Below are positions 1-9,149 of a DNA stretch of 64,000 nt, one piece after another. The DNA comes from Sphingomonadales bacterium UBA2369 (GTDB lineage Bacteria > Pseudomonadota > Alphaproteobacteria > Sphingomonadales > Sphingomonadaceae). The position numbers were made by a program, and so were the translations under genes. The stretch lies in the NCBI GenBank assembly GCA_002344055.1, contig DDTH01000007.1, positions 30,415 through 94,414 of the forward strand. The letters run 5' to 3'. Under the pieces are notes generated by a model, which saw only the letters and a program-made list of their open reading frames with translations, was not told where the DNA came from and made no database searches. Positions within the stretch are counted from its first letter, which is position 1. The number at the start of each line of letters is the position of its first letter.

Positions 1-353
1 TTACTTTGGACGGCGGCGCGGCTCATCTGAAGGACGAGATCATGCCGCGCTATGCGAAGCTGATCTATAACGGCTTCTGGTTCAGCCCCGAGCGCGAGAT
101 GCTGCAGGCGCTGATCGACAAAAGCCAGGAGCATGTCACCGGGCGGGTGCGGATGAAGCTGTACAAGGGCAATGCGACGGTGGTTGGCCGGGAAAGCCCG
201 CTGGCGCTGTACGATCAGGATCTGGTGACCTTTGAGGAAGGATCGTCCAGCTACAGCCAGCGCGACGCGGCGGGCTTCATCCGGCTGAACGCGCTGCGGT
301 TGCGGACGCTGGCCACGCGGGATAGCCGCGCGAAAGCCGGCCCCGAAGGCTGA
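1..353 (+). CDS. argG: Argininosuccinate synthase, C-terminal part (5' end outside the window)
   Basis: Reads [29 protein letters not shown]...[12 protein letters not shown]...[12 protein letters not shown], the ArgG C-terminus; frame is open to the window edge. Confidence 0.93.
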   Translation, partial: TLDGGAAHLKDEIMPRYAKLIYNGFWFSPEREMLQALIDKSQEHVTGRVRMKLYKGNATVVGRESPLALYDQDLVTFEEGSSSYSQRDAAGFIRLNALRLRTLATRDSRAKAGPEG

Positions 354-366
354 TGCGAACGAGACT

Positions 367-1065
367 ATGAGTATCGCAATATTGGAAACCGGCACACCGC
401 CCGGCGAGCTCGCGGCGCAATTCGGTTCCTATCCGGACATGTTCGCGGACATGCTCGGCACGGGGAAGCTGCCCACCTACGACGTCGCTTCAGGCCCCCT
501 GCCCGATCATGGCGCCCATCGGGGCTATATCGTCACCGGCTCGCCGGCGGGCGTGTATGACGGCCTGCCCTGGATCGCGGCGCTGAAGGAGTGGCTGCGC
601 GCGGCGCCCGCCAGGACCCCGCTGGTCGGCATCTGCTTCGGGCATCAGGCGATGGCGGAGGCGTTCGGCGGCCGGGTCGAGAAATCGGCGAAGGGCTGGG
701 GCATCGGCCTGCAGGAATATGCCGTGGTCGGCCGCCGGCCGTGGATGGACGAGGCCCTGTCCGTGGCCATTCCCGCTTCGCACCAGGACCAGGTCGTCGC
801 GCCGCCGGCTGACACCGATATCATCCTGGCCAGCGAGTTCACACCATATGCCGGGCTGGCCTGGCGCGGGCGCGCGGCGATCTCGTTCCAATGCCACCCG
901 GAGTTCAGCCCGGCCTATGCCAAGGCGCTGATCGAGGCGCGGCGCGAGCGCCTGCCCGATCCGGACGCCGCGATCGCCTCGCTGAACGGCTATAACGACA
1001 ATGGCCGCGTGGCGGGATGGATCGCGCGCTTCCTCGGCCTTGCGTCGCCGCAGGCTTCAAGCTAG
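367..1065 (+). CDS. Type 1 glutamine amidotransferase-like protein
   Basis: GICFGHQ nucleophile elbow and QCHPEF His-Glu motif. Confidence 0.85.
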   Translation: MSIAILETGTPPGELAAQFGSYPDMFADMLGTGKLPTYDVASGPLPDHGAHRGYIVTGSPAGVYDGLPWIAALKEWLRAAPARTPLVGICFGHQAMAEAFGGRVEKSAKGWGIGLQEYAVVGRRPWMDEALSVAIPASHQDQVVAPPADTDIILASEFTPYAGLAWRGRAAISFQCHPEFSPAYAKALIEARRERLPDPDAAIASLNGYNDNGRVAGWIARFLGLASPQASS

Positions 1066-1068
1066 TGA
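1040..1068 (+). promoter_or_regulatory. Putative sigma70 promoter of tRNA-Val
   Basis: TTGCGT-N17-TAGTGA about 45 nt upstream of the tRNA. Confidence 0.5.
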
Positions 1069-1113
1069 GCCGCCTTCCCGGCCCACCCCGCCGGGCGCTC
1101 GAAGAGCAAATGT

Positions 1114-1188
1114 GGGCGTGTAGCTCAGTGGTAGAGCACTGTGTTGACATCGCAGGGGTCGCAAGTTCAATCCTTGCCACGCCCACCA
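1114..1188 (+). tRNA. tRNA-Val (anticodon GAC), CCA encoded
   Basis: GGGCGTG acceptor stem pairs with CACGCCC; D arm AGCTCAGTGGTAGAGC; anticodon loop TTGACAT; T loop GTTCAATC; ends ACCA. Confidence 0.98.
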
Positions 1189-1280
1189 TTTTCCACCCGA
1201 TCTGAACTATTTGCCGGATCCCTTCGGGGACTTTCCGCAGCGCGTCTTCCATGCGACCCTGCGCCGGAGGGGGATGGCCG

Positions 1281-2573
1281 GTGCGGGTGCTGCTGCTGGG
1301 GGCGACGGGGCTGATCGGGAGCGCGGTGGCGGCGCGGCTTGGCACGGCGGGCCATGAGGTGGTTGGCGTTGCCCGCGGCGTGGACAGCGCGGCGCGACGC
1401 GTGCCGGTGGCGCGGTGGATCGCGCTGGATCTGCGCGCCATCCGCGGCCCGGAAGACTGGCTGCCACACCTCGCGGGAATCGACGCGGTACTGAATTGCG
1501 CGGGCACGCTGCAGGACAATGGCCGCGATTCCACCGCGCGCGTCCATGCGGAGGCGCCGGCGGCACTCTGGGCGGCGTGCGAGCGGGCCGGGGTGAGGCG
1601 CGTCTTGCAGATGTCGGCGATGGGCGTGGACCGGCCGGCGGCGACCGAATTCATGCGGACCAAGCAGGCTGGCGATGCGGCGCTCGCGGCGAGCGGGTTG
1701 GACTGGGTGATCTTGCGGCCGTCGGTGGTGCTGGGGCGGCAGGCCTATGGCGGCAGCGCTTTGATCCGTGGGCTGGCCGCTTTGCCCTGCGCGATTCCGG
1801 TGAAGGAAGCGGGCGCGGTGGATGCCGTGCAGCTGGACGATGTCGCCGAGACAGTGCTGCGGATGATCGAACCCGGCGCGCCGTCTCGGGTCGCATTCGA
1901 CATGGCGGGACCCGAGCGGCTGGAATTCGCCGACGTGGTTGCGCGCTATCGGGCCTGGCTCGGCTGGAAGCCCGCATGGACGTTGCGCGTACCGGGATTC
2001 GCGATGGCACTGGCCTGGCGGCTGGGCGATCTCGCCGCCTGGTTCGGCTGGCGGCCGCCCGTCCGCACGACGGCGCGGATCGAGCTGGCGCGCGGCTCCA
2101 CCGGCGACAATGCGGTCTGGCGGGAACTGACCGGCATGACGCCGACGCCGCTGAAAACGGCGCTCGCGGCCAGCCCGGCGGGGGTGCAGGACCGCTGGTT
2201 CGCGCAGCTCTTCCTGCTGAAACCGGTGGTCGTCATCGCCTTCGCTTTGTTCTGGCTGCTGACCGGACTGATCACGCTCGGCCCTGGCCGGGCGGAGGCG
2301 ATCCGGCTGACCGAGGCGACGGCCGCGGCGCCATGGGCGTGGGAATTGGTGGTTGGCGGGGCGTTGTTCGATGTGCTCATGGGCGTGCTGCTGCTGCACC
2401 GGCGAACGATCCGGCCGGCGCTGATCGTAGCCTTTATCGGCACGGCCGGTTATCTGCTCGCGGGCACGATGCTGATGCCGGAGCTGTGGGCGGATCCGCT
2501 GGGCCGGCTGCTGAAGATCGTGCCGGTCATGGTGCTGAACCTCGTCTGCCTCGCCATGCTGGACGAACGATGA
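1281..2573 (+). CDS. NAD(P)-binding (atypical SDR) oxidoreductase with C-terminal DoxX-like membrane region
   Basis: VLLLGATGLIG Rossmann motif, LRPSVVLG, four hydrophobic C-terminal helices; GTG start after GGAGGGGG. Confidence 0.8.
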   Translation: MRVLLLGATGLIGSAVAARLGTAGHEVVGVARGVDSAARRVPVARWIALDLRAIRGPEDWLPHLAGIDAVLNCAGTLQDNGRDSTARVHAEAPAALWAACERAGVRRVLQMSAMGVDRPAATEFMRTKQAGDAALAASGLDWVILRPSVVLGRQAYGGSALIRGLAALPCAIPVKEAGAVDAVQLDDVAETVLRMIEPGAPSRVAFDMAGPERLEFADVVARYRAWLGWKPAWTLRVPGFAMALAWRLGDLAAWFGWRPPVRTTARIELARGSTGDNAVWRELTGMTPTPLKTALAASPAGVQDRWFAQLFLLKPVVVIAFALFWLLTGLITLGPGRAEAIRLTEATAAAPWAWELVVGGALFDVLMGVLLLHRRTIRPALIVAFIGTAGYLLAGTMLMPELWADPLGRLLKIVPVMVLNLVCLAMLDER

Positions 2574-3040
2574 CCGAATATTTCCTGCTCAAATTCCTCC
2601 ATATCATCGGCGCGACAATGCTGATCGGGACAGGCGCGGGCATCGCCTTCTTCATGCTGATGGCACACCGCACCGGCGAGGCCGCGACGGTGGCGGCGGT
2701 GGCGCGGATCGTGGTGATCGCCGACTGGCTGTTCACCGCGACCGCGGTCGCCGTGCAGCCGATTACGGGCACGCTGCTAGCGTGGAAGACCGGCCTGTCG
2801 TTGAACGAAGGCTGGGTGTCGCTGTCCCTTCTTCTCTATTTGATCATCGGCGCCTTCTGGCTGCCGGTGGTCTGGATGCAGATGCGGATGCGCGATCTGG
2901 CACGCGCGGCAGCGGCGGCGGGCGAACCCTTGCCGCCGGACTATTACTATCTGTTCCGCTGGTGGTTCGCCTGCGGCATCCCGGCCTTCGCCGCGATCCT
3001 GGCGATCGTCTGGCTGATGATCACCAAGCCGGCCATTTAG
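2570..3040 (+). CDS. DUF2269 family integral membrane protein
   Basis: KFLHIIGATMLIGTGAG...ADWLFT...QPITG...WLMITKP pattern; ATGA overlap with the upstream gene. Confidence 0.8.
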   Translation: MTEYFLLKFLHIIGATMLIGTGAGIAFFMLMAHRTGEAATVAAVARIVVIADWLFTATAVAVQPITGTLLAWKTGLSLNEGWVSLSLLLYLIIGAFWLPVVWMQMRMRDLARAAAAAGEPLPPDYYYLFRWWFACGIPAFAAILAIVWLMITKPAI

Positions 3041-3120
3041 GGCGAACTCAACTCGCCTCGCCTTGCGCCGCCTAGCTGCCCTGCTACGATCGAGTTGCGA
3101 CCAAGATCAGGATGGAGGCA

Positions 3121-3495
3121 ATGATGCTCGCGGTCTGGCTTTCACTGGCACCGATGAGCTTCGCGTCTGCGAGCCTGGACGATCAGGATATTTACTGGAT
3201 TCGACGGCCGAACCTCGATTGCCTGATCGCGCACGAGCAATCCTACCTCGCCTCGCCGGATAGTCTCCTCGTGGTCTTCCCGACACTTTGTCCCACGACA
3301 CATCCGACCCGCGTCGAGCGTCAGGGGATCATGGAGAATCAGTATATTCCGGATTGCGCGGCGGGTTTCCAAAGCTGCATGATTCCGCTGAACCGGCAGC
3401 TGCGCCGCTGCTTCTTCGAACGGCTGCGCGCCCAGGCACGCAACAATCCCCGCGCGACGCGGGTTACGGTCAGCACCTACGGCTGCCGCTCATGA
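3121..3495 (+). CDS. Hypothetical small exported protein, 6 Cys
   Basis: GGAGG RBS, signal-peptide-like N-terminus, stop overlaps next ATG (ATGA). Confidence 0.6.
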   Translation: MMLAVWLSLAPMSFASASLDDQDIYWIRRPNLDCLIAHEQSYLASPDSLLVVFPTLCPTTHPTRVERQGIMENQYIPDCAAGFQSCMIPLNRQLRRCFFERLRAQARNNPRATRVTVSTYGCRS

Positions 3496-4082
3496 CGGTG
3501 GCGGCTGGCGCGACTGAGGAGAGTCAGCCGGACGCGCCGCCGCCGCGCCAGCCCGGCCGGTGGCTGATCTATCTCGAAGCCCTTTCCTACCTGTGCACGT
3601 CCCTGGCCCTGATCGGCCTTTTCCTGCAGATCAGCGCAGACAGCAGCGCACAACGCTCCGAAATGTCACTCAAGCATGTGGAGCAATTCAATACTGATCC
3701 GGTGAACACGCATCGCCTGAACCTCACTCGCGCCTGGGCAAATTGGCGGGGGGAACTGGCGACGATCAGTGCCGTCGGCGGCGGCTCGCGGCAGGCCCGT
3801 GCAGATTTTGTGAATGACAGAATCAAGCCGTTCAATCCCGAGAACCAGTCGATCCTTATCTCGATTTATGAACTCACGGCTTTCTATGACCGCACCCTGC
3901 TCTGCGTGGATGTCGGCGCCTGCGACAAACGGATCATCGACGCCTATTTCGAGACCATCATCCGCGAATTCTGGGGCCTGTACGAGCATATTATCGTCGA
4001 GGCCCGCCGACACCATTCGAAGAATCTCGGCACGGTTATCGAAGCCTATATCGCCAGAAAGGACGAGGAGAATAAGCAATGA
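3492..4082 (+). CDS. Hypothetical single-TM protein (DUF4760-like)
   Basis: One N-terminal TM helix then helical domain with FYDRTLLCVDVGACD; ATGA overlaps on both sides. Confidence 0.6.
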   Translation: MTVAAGATEESQPDAPPPRQPGRWLIYLEALSYLCTSLALIGLFLQISADSSAQRSEMSLKHVEQFNTDPVNTHRLNLTRAWANWRGELATISAVGGGSRQARADFVNDRIKPFNPENQSILISIYELTAFYDRTLLCVDVGACDKRIIDAYFETIIREFWGLYEHIIVEARRHHSKNLGTVIEAYIARKDEENKQ

Positions 4083-5296
4083 GGCTGGCCGCGACCGTCA
4101 TGAGTTTGTGCTTGTTCGCGGCTGCCCCTGCATTGGCGCAACAACAGCAACCGCCGGAGATGACTTTCGCCAAGGTCGTTTCTGCCCGCGGGTCTTGGTC
4201 GATCGAGGCCGAGGGCAGGATTTCGGGCAATACAGCGCGACGCTTCGAGGAGTTTGTTGCCGCACAGGACAGCATTGAATCCCTGCAATATATCACGCTC
4301 AACAGCGATGGCGGCAGTCTGGAAGGCGGAATGGCGCTGGGGCGGGCCATCCGCCGGATGCGGATCGGTACCGACGTCGATTTCGAAGCGCGTTGCCTGA
4401 GCGCCTGCGCTTACGCTTTCCTGGGCGGACGTTTCAGGGGCCTCGCGAGGGCATATGGCCAGGAACCGGAGCCGACGCAGGATCGCCTCGGCTTCCACAG
4501 CTTCAGTTACGGGGACAGACCTACCGTCAGCGGGATGCTGATCACCGACGTGCAGGACATGACGAGCCGGCTCAGCAACTATGTGGCGAGCATGGGGGCC
4601 AGCACCGAGATCGTCGTGCGCTCAGCCGATATTCCTGCTGGCCGGTTCCTGTACTTCACCACCCAGGAACTGACCGACCTTGGCATCGTGACCGCGCGTG
4701 GCGGTGACGTCACCGAATTCCAGCTTGTCCCCGATGGCGGCACGTTGCTCGCGGTGGCCCGGCATGAAAATCATCAGTTCATTCTGGCCTGTCGCGCATC
4801 CGCATCCGGCGTGCGCAGACCGGTTGTGGTGTTCACGCAGGCCGTCGCCGCCAGCGCTGCGGAACTCCCAGACGAACTGCCGCGACCGATCCTGCTGTCG
4901 CAGATCAACCGCGTTACAAAGCTGCCCTGGACGCAACGTGATCTGGAGCATGGCCATTTCCATGCCCAAGAGTGGATGATCCCCGCCGACTCCAACCAAG
5001 TGTACGACGATTTTCACTTTGCTGTATTCAATGACGAAGGCGACGAAGTGGAAGCGGAGCAGGTGGAGCTTTCCGCCGCCAACGCCGAATTCCGCGTGGA
5101 ACCTGCTTTCTTCCACGGGCTGGTCGAAATCCCAGTAACTATGGCCCGGCGGATCACGGGCGCGGCCTCCTTCAGCCTCTGGTTTGCCGAGGCGTTCTCA
5201 GGCTCGTCCGTCAGCGAATATCGCTGGGGCCATCGTTTCGACAGTGATCCGCTGGAGCGCGACGTGATCCGGACGGCGCTTGCGTCCTGTATCTAG
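4079..5296 (+). CDS. Exported protein with N-terminal ClpP/crotonase-like (COG3904-like) domain, paralog 1
   Basis: Signal peptide; LNSDGGSLEGGMALGRAIR, CLSACAYAFLGG, LGFHSF. Confidence 0.65.
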   Translation: MRLAATVMSLCLFAAAPALAQQQQPPEMTFAKVVSARGSWSIEAEGRISGNTARRFEEFVAAQDSIESLQYITLNSDGGSLEGGMALGRAIRRMRIGTDVDFEARCLSACAYAFLGGRFRGLARAYGQEPEPTQDRLGFHSFSYGDRPTVSGMLITDVQDMTSRLSNYVASMGASTEIVVRSADIPAGRFLYFTTQELTDLGIVTARGGDVTEFQLVPDGGTLLAVARHENHQFILACRASASGVRRPVVVFTQAVAASAAELPDELPRPILLSQINRVTKLPWTQRDLEHGHFHAQEWMIPADSNQVYDDFHFAVFNDEGDEVEAEQVELSAANAEFRVEPAFFHGLVEIPVTMARRITGAASFSLWFAEAFSGSSVSEYRWGHRFDSDPLERDVIRTALASCI

Positions 5297-5308
5297 GCGA
5301 GAGAAGGC

Positions 5309-6580
5309 ATGAAGCTGGTTCGCACCATCATTGGCTTGCTTGCGATCGCTGCGGCGCCGGCCGCCGCGCAGGAGCAAGGAGAGGAAGCACGGGAAGCTCC
5401 GCCACAGCAGGAAATGACCTTTTCCACCATAGTGGCGACTTACGGAATCTGGTGGGTCAAAGCTGAAGGAAGGATCACTGCCGATACGCCGCGCCGGTTC
5501 GAGCAATTCATGGCTGAGCAGGACGCAATCGAATCCCTGCAAGGCGTGCAGTTCAACAGCGGAGGCGGCAGCCTTCAGGCCGGAATGGACTTGGGGCGCG
5601 CGATCCGCAGGATGCGAATAGCGACCGAAGTCGATCGCGAAGACCTGTGCCTCAGCGCATGCGCCTATGCGTTTCTAGGCGGGCGCATTCGCAACCTCCC
5701 CGTCGGCATTTACGAAGATCTGGGAACGACGCAGGATCGCCTAGGATTCCACAGCTTCAACTATGACGGCGGGCGTATCACGGGACTGAATCCCGGTCAG
5801 CGCGACGTGGTCACCGGCATGATTACCGCGGATGTTCAGGGCATGACCAGCGAACTCAGCGACTATGTGGCGAGCATGGGTGTCAGCACCGCCGTGGTCG
5901 TTCGGTCCGCCGCTGTGCCCACCAGCGATTTCCGCTTCTTCACGCCGCAGGAGCTTGAGGATTTACGCGTTCTGACCCCGCGCGGGACCGACATCTCCGA
6001 ATTCCGGCTGGTACCTGATGGCGACACCTTGCTGGCGCTTGCCAGCCATGAAGACCATCAATTCATCATAGCCTGCCGCGCAACGCCATCGTCAAATGTC
6101 CGAAAGCCGGTATTCGTTTACACACAGGCGGTCGCAGCCACACCGGGAGAACTTCCGGAAGAGCTGCCGGAGCCAATACGTTTGTCCCGGATTCTTCAGT
6201 TGCCGCCTTTGCCCTGGACGCAGGAAGACGTCGCGCACGGCCACTTCCACGCGGGCCGATGGCTCAACCCGGTCGATTTCCCCCAGGTTTTCAGCCATTT
6301 CAATCTCGGCATTACCAATGAGCAGGATGAGAACCTGGACCCGGAGCAACTCGGCCTCAGTGCGGCCACAGCCCAGTTTCGCACCGAACCCGAGTTCTTT
6401 CACGGACTCGTGGAACTGCCGGTGGCAATGGCGCGGCAGATTGCCGGGGCGACGAAATTCGAACTCTGGTTTTCACAGAGGATGGGACCGGAATCCGATG
6501 AATATCGCTGGGGTCATCGGTTCGAGAGCAAATCGCTCGAAAGGGACATCATCCGGGCTGCCCTGGCGCCCTGCATCTAG
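5309..6580 (+). CDS. Exported protein with N-terminal ClpP/crotonase-like (COG3904-like) domain, paralog 2
   Basis: Signal peptide; FNSGGGSLQAGMDLGRAIR, CLSACAYAFLGG, LGFHSF; colinear with 4079..5296 to the C-terminus. Confidence 0.65.
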   Translation: MKLVRTIIGLLAIAAAPAAAQEQGEEAREAPPQQEMTFSTIVATYGIWWVKAEGRITADTPRRFEQFMAEQDAIESLQGVQFNSGGGSLQAGMDLGRAIRRMRIATEVDREDLCLSACAYAFLGGRIRNLPVGIYEDLGTTQDRLGFHSFNYDGGRITGLNPGQRDVVTGMITADVQGMTSELSDYVASMGVSTAVVVRSAAVPTSDFRFFTPQELEDLRVLTPRGTDISEFRLVPDGDTLLALASHEDHQFIIACRATPSSNVRKPVFVYTQAVAATPGELPEELPEPIRLSRILQLPPLPWTQEDVAHGHFHAGRWLNPVDFPQVFSHFNLGITNEQDENLDPEQLGLSAATAQFRTEPEFFHGLVELPVAMARQIAGATKFELWFSQRMGPESDEYRWGHRFESKSLERDIIRAALAPCI

Positions 6581-6586
6581 CGGCAC

Positions 6587-6964
6587 TTAAAGTCGCCCGT
6601 GCTGGTCCTCGGACTGGAACATGCGGTCCACTTCCATCACCAGATCCTTGAGGTGGAAGGGCTTGGAGAGGACCTTGGCTTCCGGCGTGCGGCGGCCGGC
6701 CTTCAGGGCGACGGCGGCGAAGCCGGTGATGAACATGACGCGCACGTCCGGGCAGATTTCGGCGGCGCGCTGGGCGAGTTCGATGCCGTCCATTTCCGGC
6801 ATGACGATGTCGGTCAGCAGCAGGTCGAAGCGCTCGCGCTCCAGCAGCGGCAAAGCCGCGGCGCCATTGTCGACCGACTGGACCTCATAGCCGACGCGCT
6901 CCAGCGCGCGGGCGAGATAGAGCCGCATCGCCTCATCGTCTTCCGCCAGCAGGATCCTGATCAT
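6587..6964 (-). CDS. cpdR: Single-domain response regulator CpdR
   Basis: MIRILLAEDD...DLLLTDIVMPEMDGIELAQRA...VMFITGFAAVAL...VLSKPFHLKDLV; divergent from N-formylglutamate amidohydrolase. Confidence 0.9.
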   Translation of the reverse strand: MIRILLAEDDEAMRLYLARALERVGYEVQSVDNGAAALPLLERERFDLLLTDIVMPEMDGIELAQRAAEICPDVRVMFITGFAAVALKAGRRTPEAKVLSKPFHLKDLVMEVDRMFQSEDQHGRL

Positions 6965-7102
6965 CGCCCCTATCGTCCCTGAACCCTCGTGCGGACCTGT
7001 ATGCGCGAACTCGAATCGCAATGCCAGCATGGGCGGCAGGGTTAATGTCCCGCTTTGATATGGCGTTGCCGCCGTGCCACGCCTGCCATACACCACCGGC
7101 CC

Positions 7103-7963
7103 ATGACCGCCCGTACGGACGCGCCGCCATTTCTCCGCATCGGGCCGGAACGCCCCGCCTCGCCAATCGTGCTGTCCGTGCCGCATGCGGGCCGCGGCTA
7201 CAGCGCCGCTTTGCTGCGCGCGGCGCGGGTGCCGCTGAACGTGCTCGAGCAACTGGAGGACCGGCTGGTCGACCGGCTGGTCTGGCGCGCGGCGGGGACC
7301 GGGGCGACCGCGATCGTGGCGCAGGCGCCGCGCGCTGAGATCGACCTCAATCGTGACGAGAGGGAACTGGACCCGGCGATGATCGCCCCTGCCCCGCCGA
7401 GCGGCAGCCTGCTGACGACGGTGCGGACTCGGGGCGGGCTGGGGCTGGTGCCGGCCCGGCTGGCGGGTTCGGGAGCGCTGTGGCGCGGGCGGATGAGCCG
7501 CGACGAGCTGAAGCGGCGGGTGGAGACGATCCACCGGCCCTATCACGCGGTGCTGGAACAGGCGCTGCAGGCCGCGCGGGCGCGGTTCGGCGTGGCGGTT
7601 CTGCTGGATTGCCATTCCATGCCGCCGCGCGGGCCGGGGCAGCCCGGGATCATCTTCGGCGACCGTTATGGGGTGACGGCAGGTCCGCATATCCTGGCGG
7701 CGGCGATCGCGGCGGCGCGCCAACTGGGCTTCGCGGCGGGACTCAACGATCCCTATGCGGGCGGCCATGTGATCGAACGGCATGGCCGGCCGCAGGAGCA
7801 GGTTCATGCCTTGCAGGTCGAAGTGGACCGCTCGCTCTATCTGGATGCGGCTTTGCGCGAGCCGGGCGACGGGTTCGACGGCATTGCGCGGCTGCTGGCG
7901 GCGATCTGCGAGGCGATTGCGGCCGAGGCCTGCGGCGAATCCGCGGCGATCGCGGCCGAATAG
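7103..7963 (+). CDS. N-formylglutamate amidohydrolase
   Basis: PIVLSVPHAGR, EIDLNRD, YHAVL, LLDCHSMP, NDPYAGG, HALQVEVDRSLY. Confidence 0.9.
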   Translation: MTARTDAPPFLRIGPERPASPIVLSVPHAGRGYSAALLRAARVPLNVLEQLEDRLVDRLVWRAAGTGATAIVAQAPRAEIDLNRDERELDPAMIAPAPPSGSLLTTVRTRGGLGLVPARLAGSGALWRGRMSRDELKRRVETIHRPYHAVLEQALQAARARFGVAVLLDCHSMPPRGPGQPGIIFGDRYGVTAGPHILAAAIAAARQLGFAAGLNDPYAGGHVIERHGRPQEQVHALQVEVDRSLYLDAALREPGDGFDGIARLLAAICEAIAAEACGESAAIAAE

Positions 7964-7972
7964 CCGGCCCCG

Positions 7973-8081
7973 AAAATAAAATGACCGCCGCGTGGGGTCA
8001 CGCGGCGGCCAAGTTCAGGGAGGAGCGCCCTCCGGAGAGGGCGCGGCGCGCGGCCACAAAGGGGGGGTATGGCCCCGCGCT
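7973..8081 (-). ncRNA. alpha-r8/SuhB (MmgR/GsrN-type) small RNA
   Basis: Minus strand reads CTCCTCCCTGAACTTGGCCGCCGCGTGACCCCACGCGGCGGTCATTTTATTTT (C-rich motif plus terminator), preceded by two hairpins; convergent with N-formylglutamate amidohydrolase. Confidence 0.8.
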
Positions 8082-8087
8082 TCCCCT

Positions 8088-8116
8088 CATATGGGGAATG
8101 GAGTCGCGGTTTCAAG
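8088..8116 (-). promoter_or_regulatory. Putative sigma70-type promoter of the alpha-r8 sRNA
   Basis: CTTGAA-N17-CATATG on the minus strand, 7 nt before the first sRNA hairpin. Confidence 0.5.
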
Positions 8117-8155
8117 GGATATTAAGCCGCTGAAACCTAACGACTTTTTAGGGGG

Positions 8156-8956
8156 TCAGTTGACCTGCAGCGCCGGGTTCGCGGCACCGTTCGGCGCGGC
8201 CTGCGGCGGGACCTTGCCCTGCTGCATCTGGCGGCCGAAAATGTCGCGGATCATCGACAGCGAGAAGAGATGCGCGATGACCAACGGCAGGATGCCATTG
8301 TCGCTGATCTTGCGCAGTTGCTCGTCCGTCAGCGCCTTGAACTTCTCTTCATTGACCATGAGGAAGCCGCGATAGACGTAGGGCTGCTCCTCGCTGTCCA
8401 GCTGGATGCTGACCTCGCCGTCCATCAGCAGGCCCAGATCCTGCAATTCCTTGACGAACGCGCCGGTGCGCTGGGCCGACATCTCGAAATCTTCGCAGAA
8501 TTTGACGACATTGTTGGTCGCAATGCTGGGCTTGTCGCCGTCGAACAGCGGCTCGCCATCTTCATATTCGCCGACCACGCCGCTGTCGGGATCGAAGCAG
8601 AGCGACAATTCGGGCGCATCCGGGCTGGTCCGGGCCAGCAGCCACGGATAGCGGCGGACATAGGCCGGGACGTACAATTCGCCGCGCAATTCGCCGCTAT
8701 CGTCGAGGAAGACGTTCACGCCCTCGTTCAACCCCATCAAGGCCAGCGGCACGGGATTGTCGCCCACCGAGAAGACGATCGGGTAGAAACGCTGCGCGTT
8801 GACGAACTCGTCGATCGTCAGCGGAACCGCATGCGCCTGCGCAAAGAAGGGCGCCTTGTCCGGCGTGCGAAGGCGATAATTGGCGTGAACGCCGCTCTGC
8901 AGCGGCATCAGATTCTTGTAAAACAGGGGCAAATTTTCCGCCGGCTGCGTCGCCAT
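8156..8956 (-). CDS. SapC family protein
   Basis: LPLFY..L.PL, HAVPLTIDEF, YPIVF, YVPAYVRRYPW, LAHLFSL. Confidence 0.85.
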   Translation of the reverse strand: MATQPAENLPLFYKNLMPLQSGVHANYRLRTPDKAPFFAQAHAVPLTIDEFVNAQRFYPIVFSVGDNPVPLALMGLNEGVNVFLDDSGELRGELYVPAYVRRYPWLLARTSPDAPELSLCFDPDSGVVGEYEDGEPLFDGDKPSIATNNVVKFCEDFEMSAQRTGAFVKELQDLGLLMDGEVSIQLDSEEQPYVYRGFLMVNEEKFKALTDEQLRKISDNGILPLVIAHLFSLSMIRDIFGRQMQQGKVPPQAAPNGAANPALQVN

Positions 8957-9149
8957 TCGAATGAACTCCATGGATATGGGTGCGTCTGGACCGGTCGCGC
9001 GCGCGACCTGGATTCGGTGTGTCACCCTCTATTGCGCCGTGGGCGAAACCGCAAGCCGGGGTGTCGGCAGGGGATCGGCGTCCGCCTCTGCCCAATTCAT
9101 GCCATATTCAACCGGCGGCGGCTCAAATCCGCAAAATGGAGAATTTCGC

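Noticed and set aside
1168-6590. tRNA-Val-targeted integrative element
   Set aside because: No duplicate of the tRNA 3' end and no integrase found by eye; kept only as a variable slot
7040-7056. CtrA box upstream of cpdR
   Set aside because: Only a half site (TTAACC on the minus strand); the partner position reads AAAG
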